The position numbers and the translations under genes are program-made. Under the pieces are notes generated by a model, which was not told the DNA's origin, made no database searches, and saw only the letters and a program-made list of their open reading frames with translations. From the human T2T-CHM13v2.0 reference genome, Homo sapiens: 64,000 bases of DNA. Within the stretch, counting starts at the first letter, position 1. Every line of letters begins with the position of its first letter. Of this stretch, positions 1 to 12,028 are shown one piece after another. The DNA lies in the NCBI RefSeq assembly GCF_009914755.1, contig NC_060928.1. The stretch is one strand, 5' to 3'.

Positions 1-1194
1 TAAAGGAGTACATCAAATGAATGAACAATAAATTTTCCATAAGGCAAACCAAAGCATATTTTATAAAGCAAGAATTGTCTCTGCTGAATACTCAACAAGG
101 CCCCTAATGGGCCCAATTCTTCGCCAATATAACTCTCACAGACGGGATTTGCTCTTTCTGCAACACATTCACTGGCACTAATATTTCATTAGGCTATTCC
201 CGATCAATATTCCTGCCATGACTGTCTAAAGGCACCACTGAGAAGGAAGTATCTGGAAGACTTTTCAGCAGTTGGATCCTTCTAAGGACAAAGTGAGGTG
301 TTATATTGCCACTTAAGAATTCAAAGGTAAATAAAGGAAGATACCTTTCTACCTCTAGTTACTCTCTTTGAGACAAACCAGAGGAGCTTGTCATTATAGA
401 CAAAATTCTTAACCACAAATCTCTGAGGGGTTTTCATAATGTTATATTCTAACCCTTTCAAGCTAGAGTTGCTTCTAAAGGTCAGAATAATTACATCCAG
501 TCCCCAGCCCAAGTATCAGTGGTTATAGTTGCTAGACCACCCTGAGCCAACAGGAATACAGTGGGAGGCATGGCAAATAGGTAAGGAACAGCTTCTGTCA
601 GTGAAATCAAATCTGTCTTCTCAAGAAACAAGGAAGAGCCAGGAAGAGCTGGTGTCATACTAGGCCTCCTAAAATTGTTACTGCCTTCTCTCAACCTCAT
701 CCAGGCTCCATCACAAAGAGAGTTGCATGTAAGATTAGACGCTCAGAGTCTCTCCATTGCCTTTTGATTCTTCATTCTCAGCTTATTTTTGGTTGTAATC
801 TATGAAATCAGTGAAACTGAAGAAGTTGCAGATGAATTGCTTGTGAACTGATTTATGATCTTTATTGCACCAGAGAAGTAATTGTATGCATACAACTTCC
901 TTTTACAATTACCTCCACATGATTTCAAAGCAATTCACTGCCTATGGGAGGAGGCCATCAATAAGTGACACTTGCATATTCATTCATTTCAATATGAGAG
1001 TTTTTAAAGGCTCAGGGGAATAGTTCAGTGCTATTGAAAATTACTTTTCTTCCATCAGGATTTTTCTAATTGTTTTTGTTTTTGTTTTTTTAGAGAGAAA
1101 AAAACATGATGCTATCAAAATCTGGTTTTATTTAACTTTATTTTTACTCTTATTTTATTTTTAAATAGATTATATTTAAGAGGGTTGAAATGAG

Positions 1195-1750
1195 AGGCTG
1201 CATTTATGAAATGCCAACTATAAGCCAAAAACTGTGCTAACCTGTGTATCTATGTTAATTCTTGTATTCCTGCCAATGCCATAATTACTTTGCCTTTATT
1301 TATTTATTTATTTCAATAGGTTTTTGGGGAACAAGTAGTGTTTGGTTACATGAATAAGTTCTTTTGTGGTGATTTCTGAGATTTAGGTTCAGCCATCACC
1401 CGAGCAGTGTACACTGTACCGAATGTGTAGTCTTTTATCCCTCACTCCCCTCCCACCCTTTCCCCTGAATCCTCAAAGTTCATTATATCATTCTTATGCC
1501 TTTGTGTCCTCATAGCTTAGCTTCCACTTATGAGTGAGAACATATGATGTTTGGTTTTCCATTCCTGAGTTACTTCACTTAGAATAATGGTCTTCAATTC
1601 CATTCAGGTTGCTGAAAACATTTAACTAGTGAAGAAACTCAAAGAAGCATAAGTATTTGCCCAAGGTCAAGCAGCAAATAAATGACAGACAGGGCAGACA
1701 GGGTAGTGTCTGAACTCACATCTAACTACAAAATCCATCCTCTTTCCATG
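1195..1750 (-). mobile_element. MIR SINE remnant split in two by an L1PB insertion
   Basis: MIR-like halves at ~1195-1295 and ~1620-1750 (TGAAGAAACTCAAAG...TTTGCCCAAGGTCA) either side of the L1PB fragment. Confidence 0.55.
1296..1615 (-). mobile_element. L1PB1/2-type LINE-1 3' end, 5'-truncated
   Basis: T-rich tail followed by TTTGGGGAACAAGTAGTGTTTGGTTACATGAATAAGTTC...TATGAGTGAGAACAT, matching the reverse complement of the L1PB 3'UTR. Confidence 0.85.
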
Positions 1751-2078
1751 ACTTCACCCTGCACTCAGCTTTTTGGGATACAATTCCATCTGTTTTATAT
1801 TTCTCAGATTGTGGAAAGGTTTTTCAACTTTGTTGAAATTACCTGAGACTGTTTACTATACCCCAAAAGTCTTGTGTAGCATATATTCTCTAAGCTATCT
1901 TTTTTTTTTCTTGTTATTTTTTTAAACATGACTTATATGGGGAAGCCCTAGTGCCCATCAGAATCTGGAAACCATGTATTCATGATCTTGCTTGACCCTA
2001 ACAATTCTCCCAAGTCAGTTCTACTTCAGGGAAGGGGCAAAAATATCAGTAAACTTCATCGCAAGATATTGTGTTGAC

Positions 2079-2342
2079 CAGTTTTTTTTCAAACTTCAGT
2101 GATTGCATAACATCTACATCATTTTTGCTATATCTGAATGGTACTATACTATTTTTTATTTAATATGTTCCAATCAATTTTAACCTGACTCCATTTTTCA
2201 CTTAGCATTGTTCTAAACAATAAAACATGAGTTTAGTGTATTTATCAATATTTTTCTTATGCATGTTAAAATATATGAATAACTAATAAAATAAAAAATG
2301 TTTGTCCATGCACCTTCCAAAGTCACACTTTGGGAAGCACTA
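2079..2342 (+). mobile_element. hAT-Charlie MITE (Charlie18a-like)
   Basis: Degenerate TIRs CAGTTTTTTTTCAAACTTCAG / ACTTTGGGAAGCACT; the internal sequence resembles recalled Charlie18a. Confidence 0.6.
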
Positions 2343-2404
2343 ATGTCAAATAATTGGCTGTGCTTTTCCACTTGTATCCATTTGTGTATGTGTCATTTGT
2401 TCAT

Positions 2405-2730
2405 GGTCTCAGTTCACATATTCATTCATTCATTCATTCAAAAAACATTTATAGAGTACCAACTCTTGTGTTAGACACTGTTCCGGACACCAACAGCATG
2501 CAGAGAATGGTTTGGGCCAGGGAGAGAAGAAAAACATGGAGCCCAGGCAAGGGCTGCTGGATTATTAAAGTAATACAGGAAGAGAGGAAAGGGACTGAAT
2601 GCACTCAGTAATAATAAGAAAGGGATTCATTTAAGAGACATTTCAGAAGTAGAATCAATAGAACTCCATGTTAACTTCAATTCACAATGTGGGTTAGGAA
2701 AAAGGAGGTAGAAAAATGGCTGTAAGGCCA
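2405..2730 (-). mobile_element. L2 LINE fragments
   Basis: (CATT)n tail followed by AAACATTTATAGAGTACC...AGACACTGTTC, the typical antisense L2 3' end. Confidence 0.6.
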
Positions 2731-2854
2731 TTCAAATATTTTAACTGCATTAAATTATAATACTTTCTGACATCTTTAACAATCCTGAACACAACTGTAA
2801 ATGCATAAGTAATGGAGAAACATAAGGAGGTGAAATCTTACTTAAAGCCAGATA

Positions 2855-3070
2855 TAGCATTTAATATATTTAGCAATCTAGGTGGTATTGGCCACAGAAC
2901 AATTGAAACAGATACAAGAAGGTCCTGCCGGCCTCTGGCGGAGCTAGGAGCAGGGAAGGTTTGGGAAAGGGTTAAGGAGTAGGAGGCTCAGGGTCTAGCT
3001 ATTTATCCAGCAGTATAGAAAGATTTCAATATTCTACCAATGGTTGCAAACCTCTGGATTATCATCCTTG
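2855..3070. mobile_element. Old hAT-Tip100-like DNA transposon remnant
   Basis: TATTTAGCAATCTAGGTGGTATTGGCCACAGAAC...GATACAAGAAGGTCCTGCCGG resembles recalled mammalian Tip100-family MITEs; exact family uncertain. Confidence 0.35.
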
Positions 3071-3079
3071 CTTAAGCCC

Positions 3080-3550
3080 ATTCATGGCCCTCATCTCTCT
3101 TAGAATGTGTTCCAAAACTTGTCCTTGTGCCCAAGGTCTAGACTGTGTACCACACCTGCCTCATCCCAGCTCCCAACCCTCATCTTATCCCTGCTTCCTC
3201 CCACCTAAAATTCCAAGCCCTTAAATATACCATGTCTTCCACTGCAAGGCCCTCACACAAGTGTGTCTGTCCTTCAGTCTGGCACACTTTCCTGCCCCTC
3301 CTTCTAGCACACTCCTAGTCATCCTTCTGGCCCCATCTTGGATGGTATCCTCATGGAGGTTTCTCCTGACCTTCAATATCGAGACAGGTTTCCTCTTTAC
3401 ATGTGGTCACAGTACCCTGTCATTACTTGTTTCGTGTCGGTTTTCTATAATAGACTCACTAATCTCCATGAGGGCAGGAACTAGGCCAGCCTTGTTCACC
3501 ATCCCTCCCCAAAGCTTCATCTACAGCTTGCCATATCAAAAGAACTGAAA
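3080..3550 (+). mobile_element. L2 LINE 3' fragment
   Basis: C/T-rich L2-like body ending TAGACTCACTAATCTCCATGAGGGCAGG...CTTGTTCACC. Confidence 0.6.
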
Positions 3551-3659
3551 AGTAGCTATCCAAAAAGTTTTTCCTCTGCAAGAAGAGAGAGAAAACAGTG
3601 CTTATTCATTTACTATTGTTGATTAGGGGGAGCTTGGGAACATTTAGATGGAAATAGAA

Positions 3660-3830
3660 TACTATATGCCAGATACTGACCTCAGAACTTATTTTTATCT
3701 GATTTAAGCTTTACTATAACTCTGAAGAGTAGGCATTATTATTCCTAATGTTTTTAGATGAGGACGCTGAGGCTTGAAGAAGTAAAGAAACTGGCTCAGA
3801 GTGACTCAGCAACTAAGCAGCTCAGTGAGG
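3660..3830 (-). mobile_element. MIR SINE
   Basis: Core TTTTAGATGAGGACGCTGAGGCTTG. Confidence 0.7.
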
Positions 3831-4443
3831 ATAAAAAATTCTGCCCCAGTACTGCTTCCCAAGCATGATTATTAAACTCTCCCTGGCACATGACAGCACC
3901 ACAATTGCCAGCAGATCACAGATAACAAGAGAGCTGAGGAATTTTGCTAGATGCCCTTACAGTAAGAAGGGACAGCTGGTACCATGGCATGAGATGAGAA
4001 TACCCAAATCAGCCAGTCAGGGACAGGGCTATTTCAGTAATAGATGCCCATCAAATAGTGATCCTGACCCAACAAAAAGATTCATTTATTTTTGAGAAAC
4101 TCTGTTTGATAAGGAAGTATGTGTATAGTTTAGAAGATTTTCATTAAAATCAGCTAACTTTTTAACAGTGCTTTAGATATTTGGCCAATTTGTCTCCTCT
4201 GAGCACTTTCTTCTCTATCCAGATCAATAAAGCATTGCAGTGCTTCAGACTAGACCGCAGTTTGGCTAAAAATGTTTAGTCTCCTTCCAAAGCTAAAGGA
4301 GACAAAGATTCAGCAAGATAGAATCCATTGATAACCAATCTGATTAGGATGCTTTTTTTGTGAAACTGATGGGTATTGATTCATTTACAACCAATTAGAG
4401 GCCTTTTGCCTGGGAAAAATCACTCTTATTCTGGCAGAAATGA

Positions 4444-5140
<697 letters not shown>

Positions 5141-5513
5141 TTATCTATTATCACCCATCCCATGCTCTCATCTGCAGATACAGCCTGGGGAATGTGTGCC
5201 CTCTCAAAGCTTCATATATGTTCTTCTCAAAAAAGGGGAAGAATCACCTTATTTAAGAATCTCTTTAGAGTATCTCAGAAGGAATTATTTCAATAACTTT
5301 TTTTGAAGAACTGATTATTTTTATAAAGAAATTGCTTTACCTCATATCTACTTTAATCAATGCTAGTTCATAGAGGATATCTAACTGAATTAATAAGAAA
5401 CTTTTTTAAAAAAATTAAAAATTGTAGCACAGTTTGTCACTGTTCTTGGGGGATGACCTCCCAAATGCAAGTGTTGGATCTTGCTGCAAATAAGCCTTTT
5501 TAAGAACTGCTAA

Positions 5514-5560
5514 ACACACACACACACAAACACACACACATGCACACACACACGCGCACA
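5514..5560 (+). repeat. Interrupted (CA)n microsatellite
   Basis: ACACACACACACACAAACACACACACATGCACACACACACGCGCACA. Confidence 0.9.
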
Positions 5561-6239
5561 GTAAATTACTTCCTTGCATGCAGAGATCATGTTTATGAAA
5601 CTGTGGCTTAGTACAGAATTTCCAGGGGGAGCATATAATATACATGCACTTCAAAAAGTACGTAAATCAAACAATTTAGATGAGAGAAAAAATTACATGC
5701 TCTGGCAAACTGTGATAACAACTATTAAAGTGGCTCTGATGATGGCAAAGACACCAATGGCAAATATGTTTCTAAAGAGCATGACCAATATTGCTTTATG
5801 AAATGTGAGAGTGAATAAAATATTATTTCCACATTAGCATTATTTATATGATGGACTGCAAATGTTATCATAAATGCATAAATACCATGAATAGACAACT
5901 GGCTTTCTTCTCTATTAGCCCAAAAGTTTATATATATATTCAATTTACTCCCCAGATTGGTATCTTTTCATTGGAAAAATGAATGATCATCTTTTTTTTT
6001 TGAGAGCAGGGTATTTATCACTTTTCTTTAACTGTTATATTTCCACTGTGTAATGGACTGCCTGAAAGATAATAATTGCTTCAAAAATATTTAATTAATA
6101 TACAAAATAATTAGACACCATTAGTATATAAAAAAGCAGGGGTACTAGACATATCCCCAAATCCACAAACATCTTAAGTTAAAACATCCTTGTTAACAAA
6201 TCCACTTTGAGATTCCTGAAACTAATAAAATACACAGAC

Positions 6240-6360
6240 TATTTTGAACCAATATTAGAGGTCATCTAATCCAATCTCTATTTTTCAGATGAGGAAATCA
6301 CAGTTAGAACAATTAAATGCCCTTCTGCAAGACAGCTGGGATTAGAACCTTGAGCTTTCC
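6240..6360 (-). mobile_element. MIR fragment
   Basis: TTAGAGGTCATCTAATCCAA...TTTTCAGATGAGGAAA...CTGGGATTAGAACC. Confidence 0.6.
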
Positions 6361-7159
6361 ATTAGATAGTATTATTGAGTTGCTTTCTTTGTATGGTTCA
6401 TCGCAGCCTCTGATTTACACTTCATGTTGAAAGCAAGCAGTGTCTCTTGCCTGAGAACAGTTTCTGTTAAGCAAGGTAAACACACATTAATTGACCCTGA
6501 ATAGCTGATGGACTGAGAGAGAAATGTAGAGTTTGTGATACAAAATCCAAGCAGATGCCCTTTCTGAGTTTTCATTATTTGCTAAAGAAGTTGGCCACCT
6601 AATCCCATAGAAATGTATGTACCGTTTTGGTTTTGATAAGCTCTCAATCATTATGGGTCTTGGTTCAGCTGACAGCCCTAGTTACTGTGAGGCAGAAAAA
6701 CACTCCAGAGGTGCAGCAACACTGTTTAGACATTCACACAGCAAACCATGCATTTGTACCCAAGAAAAAATCAGTATAAGGGTCTCTCTTTCCTTGCATA
6801 ATGTATTCTTTTATTAAAATAATCACTGTGTATCTCTAATAGAGATTTATGAACAGAAATCTTTATGTCACACTAACAATCCAAGAAGAAAAAGCCTAAT
6901 TGTTGAGTTTTTTTTAAAAAATCCATTTGAATGCTGCTAACTTATTATTAAAATACACAAAATTTTTCCCCATTCTTCCTTCTTTTCCTCACTCATACTA
7001 AAATCCTCAGTGTATCTTAAACCCTCCTCGATTAATTAACTCTGTTAAATTTGCAAACAGTCCTCAGGGTAGACGATGTATAAGTACCTAGGCTACCATA
7101 CACATGAAGCACACACATACCTTTACAATCCTTTAAGGAAGGATGCCATGATTTCTAAT

Positions 7160-7400
7160 ACACTACTAATAACTTATATGCTTCACTTACTAAGTACTGG
7201 ACATTCTTCCAAACACTTATATCAACTTATATAATCTTCCTAACAACCTGGTACTATTATCATTTCCTTTGTACAGATAAGGAAATTGGAGCTCAGAGAC
7301 ATTAACTTACTAAGAGTCAAATGCAAGAAGTAAGTGGTGGAGCTGAGATTTAAACACAGGTACTCTGACTCCAGAGTTTGTGCTGTTAAATACGTTGCTA
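7160..7400 (-). mobile_element. MIR SINE, near full length
   Basis: TGTACAGATAAGGAAATTGGAGCTCAGAGA...CTCTGACTCCAGAG. Confidence 0.8.
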
Positions 7401-8099
7401 TCGTTCTACAGTTTGATTTTAAATTGCTATTTTTACTCATACTGTGGACTGCTCATCCTTTGCTCTTTTTTTCTTTAACAAAGAATTTTCTCAGTATTCT
7501 AATCTTGTACTTAAGGTAATTGTTTATATTATGTAAGTTATTTCTATTATTAAGTAAAATAATCTGTGTGCTATAGAAAACACCAAGATTCAGGTTGAAT
7601 TTCCATCCAAGGGGCTCATGATATAGATAAATGAGGAATTTCTCTAGATCCCCATGGAGTTGGTGGCATGGTGAGTTTGTGGAGTGTTTGAACATCAAAG
7701 TCTTTTTTTTTCCAAGTATCGAGGATGAATTAAATAATAAAACATGACCTGGCATGAATTACAGTATCTGAATTCATTTCTCTAACTAGTGTGTTTGTGG
7801 GCCCGAGGTTGAAAGCAATTAGGTGTGAATTATTACACCATCTTCCATGCCCTGGACGGTTTTATGATGATTATAAAATTTTATTATTAATGGTTCACTG
7901 TTTTTGGAGGAGTTGTTAATTTAAAAGTATATATTTATATTGTTAATTAATGAATAGGACAAAAATAGTTGGGTAAAAATCTTTCCGAAGAGCAGAATCT
8001 ATCTAAGAGTGGAGAAGACCTCACTGACAGCAGGAGCTATGGCTGAATCCTGACCCCAGAGAGAGGCAGCATGCTGCAGTTCCACCAGGGATACCCAGG

Positions 8100-8260
8100 C
8101 TATTAGAGTGGTATGATGCCTTACAGACTACCTTGTTCAATTTCTTTGTTTTAAATATCAGGAAAAATAAGTGACTTGCCTGCGATCACACCATAAGTTA
8201 ATAGCAGAGCTGAGTTGGCTCAGTCAAAGACACTTGGATCCTGACTCTCAGTGTGCAATG
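8100..8260 (-). mobile_element. MIR fragment
   Basis: AAGTGACTTGCCTGCGATCACAC...GTTAATAGCAGAGCTG...TCCTGACTCTCAG. Confidence 0.5.
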
Positions 8261-10944
8261 CTTCTCATTTTAAACAATTTAGAAAGATGTCACTGAATAC
8301 CTAGAAAGGAATAAATAAAATTATTAGAAACTGGAAGACAAAAATCATAAAAAAGAAAACAATAGTTACTGTTTAATTGGGCTACTCTAAATGTCAAAAT
8401 ATGATTTGATTGTGAAATACTTTCCTAAGAATGCATTTTCTAGTGCATTCTTGTGTTGGAACCACAACTAGACAGGCCAGCTGATCCCAGAAGCCATGTA
8501 TGTAATGACTAGCAGGAGCTCAGGTAATAGTCGCACATAATTTCCACCTGTGGGCCTCTTCTTGCCATGATTTTCAACTCCTCTCCATCCCTCATCCCCA
8601 AATTCTCTCTTCCTCCTGCTCACTGAAGGGTAAAGATATTTTCTTGGACAAATTCAGTCAAAAAGGAGTAATTGAAAACCAATTGAATTTTTCCCTGGGT
8701 TAGGCAAGAGAGAGGAAGTGTAGTGCTTGGTAACTAAGTTTGTTATCAAATAAATTGGTGCTGGAAGCAACCATGTAGAACTGCTGGAACATTGAGCAGA
8801 AGTCTATCTTTCTAACTAGTAAAGCTGAGTCTCATCTCTGTTGGGATTCTCCAGGGGGTCTTAGGCAAGTAGCCAAAATGAATTTTACTTTGAGAACATA
8901 GGTGTATGAGTGTCTATTTTTTCCTTCTCTTAGTACTCTAAATGTTTGCCAGGTGAAGCCATGCCAACAGTCATGATCAGTTTGACCTAACTGAGCAGTG
9001 ATTGACAGTACCCTCCAATTCAGCTCTTACCTGTTTCTGATTGAGTTATTGCCTGAGCTCCTGGGAGTCTGACCTGAGTCTTCTCAGCTTACTATAACAG
9101 TCTCTTAATCAGAGACAGAAACAGCTCATAAGAGAATAAACACATTTTCTAGAAATAAACATGCTTTACTTCAAGTTCTGTATTGTACTCTGTTGCTATT
9201 GGAAATAAATTCACTCACTTGGACAATGGCATCATCCAAATCACTTTGAGCTCTCTCTAGTCCATCTAAGTCCAGTGTAATATTACTTCTGTAACATTAG
9301 ATTGCTTTATGTGAGTTCTATAAATACCATGGATAATTACAAAACTGAGCAAATCGCTCTATTAGGCAATGCCCTCCCTCAAATAATTCTATAAAAGAAG
9401 CAATGTTTTGTGATGTCTCTCTTTCTTCTCTCTAGGCACCCATTCCTATGCTGAGTTGGGGGAATGACTATGTACTGAATTACAATTGAGTTTCAAAACC
9501 TGAAACTCTTGTATCATGTCAAATACTCCAAAGATGTCTCTACTCACACTCCATCAAATAAAACTCCAACACTTCATATTCCCAATACACAAAATTGCCA
9601 ATAATCAGTGGCTGGCCAGATGGCCATATAGGAACAGCTATGGTCTGCAGCTCCCAGCAAGATCAATGCAGAGGGCAGGTGATTTCTGCATTTCCAACTG
9701 AGGTACCTGGCTCATCTCATTGGGACTGGTTAGACAGTGGGTACAGCCCATGGAGGCTGAGCCAAGGCAGGGTGGGGTGTTACTTCACCCAGGAAGGGCA
9801 AGGGGTCAGGGAATGCCCTCCCTGAGCCAAGGGAAGCCACAAGGGACTGTGCTGTAAGGAACGGTGCACTCCAGCCCAGACACTACACTTTTCCCATGGT
9901 CTTCACAACCTGTGGACCAAGAGATTACCTTGGGTGCCTATGCCACTAGGGCCCTGGGTTTCAAACACAAAACTGCATGGCCGTTTGGGCAGACACTGAG
10001 CTAGCTGCAAGAGTTTTTTTCATACCCCAGTGGCACCTGAACGCCAGCTAGACAGAACTGTTCATTCCCCTGGAAACGTTGCTGAAGCCAGGGAGCCAAC
10101 TGGTCTAGCTCAGCGGATCCCACCCCCATGCAGCCCAGCAGGCTAAGATCCACTGGCTTGAAATTCTCACTGCCAGCACAGCAGTCTGAAGTTGACCTGG
10201 AATGCTGGATCTTGGTGGGGGAAGGGGCGTCTGCCATTATTGAGGCCTGAGTATGTGGGTTTCCCCTAAAAGTGTAAACAAAGCCGCCAGGAAGTTCAAA
10301 TGGGTGGAACCAATGGCAGCTGGGCAAAGACACTGTAGACAGACTGCCTCTCTAGATTCCTCCTCTCTGGGCAGGGCATCTCTGAAAGAAAATCAGCAGC
10401 TCCAGTCAGGGAGTTATAGATTAAACTCCCATCTCCCTGAGACAGAGCACCTGGGGGAAGGGGCAGCTGTGGGCACAGCTTCAGCAGACTTAAACATTCC
10501 TGTCTTCCAGCTCTGAAGACAGCAGCGGACCTCCTAGCACAGTGCTCGAGCTCTGCTAAGGGACAGACTGCCTCCTCAAGTGGATCCCTGACCCCTGTGC
10601 CTCCTGACTGGGAGACACCTCCTAGCAGCAGTTGACAGATACCTCATTTCGGGGAGCTCTGGCTGGCATCTGGCAGGTGACTCTCTAGGAAGAAGCTTCC
10701 AGAGGAAGGAATAGGCAGCAATCTTTGCTGTTCTGCAGCCTCCACTGGTGATACCCAGGCAAATAGGGTCTGGAGTGAACCTCCAGCAAACTCCAGCAGA
10801 CCTGCAGCAGAGGGGCCTGACTGTTAGAAGGAAAACTAACAAACAGAAAAGAATAGCATCAATATCAAGAAAAAGGACATCCACACAAAAACCCCATCTG
10901 AAGGTAACCAACATCAAAGATCAAAGGTAGATAAATCCATGAAG

Positions 10945-11965
10945 ATGAGGAAAAGCCAGCACAAAAAGGCTGAAAATTCCAAAAACCAGAAAGCCTCCTC
11001 TCCTCCAAAAAATCACAACTACTCACCAGAAAGGAAACAAAACTAGATGGATAATGTGTCTCGTGAATTGACAGGCTTCAGAAGGTGGATAATAACGAAC
11101 TCCTTTGAGCTAAAGGAGCATGTTCTAACCCAATGTAAGGAAGCTAAAAACCTGAAAAAAATGTTAGAAGAATTGCTAACTAGAATAACCAGTTTAGAGA
11201 AGAATATAAATGACCTGATGGAGCTGAAAAACACAGCACAAGAACTTCATAGAGCATACACAAGTATCAATAGCCAAATTAATCAAGCAGAAGAAAAGAT
11301 GTCAGAGATTGAAGATCAACTTAATGAAATAAAGCATGAAGACAAGATTAGAGAAATAAGAATGAAAAGGAATGAACAAAGCCTCCAAGAAATATGGGAC
11401 TATGTGAAAAGACCAAACCTACATTTGATTGGTGTACCTGAAAGTGACGGGGAGAATGGAACCAAGGTGAAAAACACTCTTCAGGATATTATCTGGGAGA
11501 ACGTCCCCAACCTCGGTAGACAGACCAACATTCAAATTCAGGAAATACAGAGAACACCACAAAGATACTCCTCAAGAAGAGCAACCCAAAGACACATAAT
11601 TGTCAGATTCACCAAGGTTGAAATGAAGGAAAAAAATGTTAAGGGCAGCCAGAGAGAAAGGTCGGGTTACCCACAAAAGGAAGCCCATCAGACTAACAGT
11701 GGATCGCTCTGCAGAAACCCTACAAGACAGAAGAGAGTAGGAGCCAATATTCGACACTTAAAAAAAAAGAGTTTTCAACCCAGAATTTCATATCCAGCCC
11801 AACTAAGCTTCATAAGTGAAGGAGAAATAAAATCCTTTACAGACAAGCAAATGCTGAGAGATTATGTCATCACCAGGCCTGCCTTACAAGAGCTCCTAAA
11901 GGAAGCACTAAATATGGAAAGGGAAAACTGGTACCAGCCACTGAAACAAACATACCAAATTGTAA
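10945..11965 (+). pseudogene. ORF1: L1 ORF1 (RNA-binding protein), disrupted
   Basis: ATG at 10945, in-frame TAG at 11044-11046, frameshifts near 11630 and 11760; motifs QSLQEIWDYVKRPNL and FQPRISYPA. Confidence 0.9.
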
Positions 11966-12028
11966 AGACCATCAATACTATGAAGAAACTGCATCAACTA
12001 ACAGGCAAAATAACCAGCTAGCATTATA

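Noticed and set aside
11047-12021. 324-aa ORF
   Set aside because: Decayed L1 ORF1 with a premature stop upstream and compensating frameshifts; not a host gene
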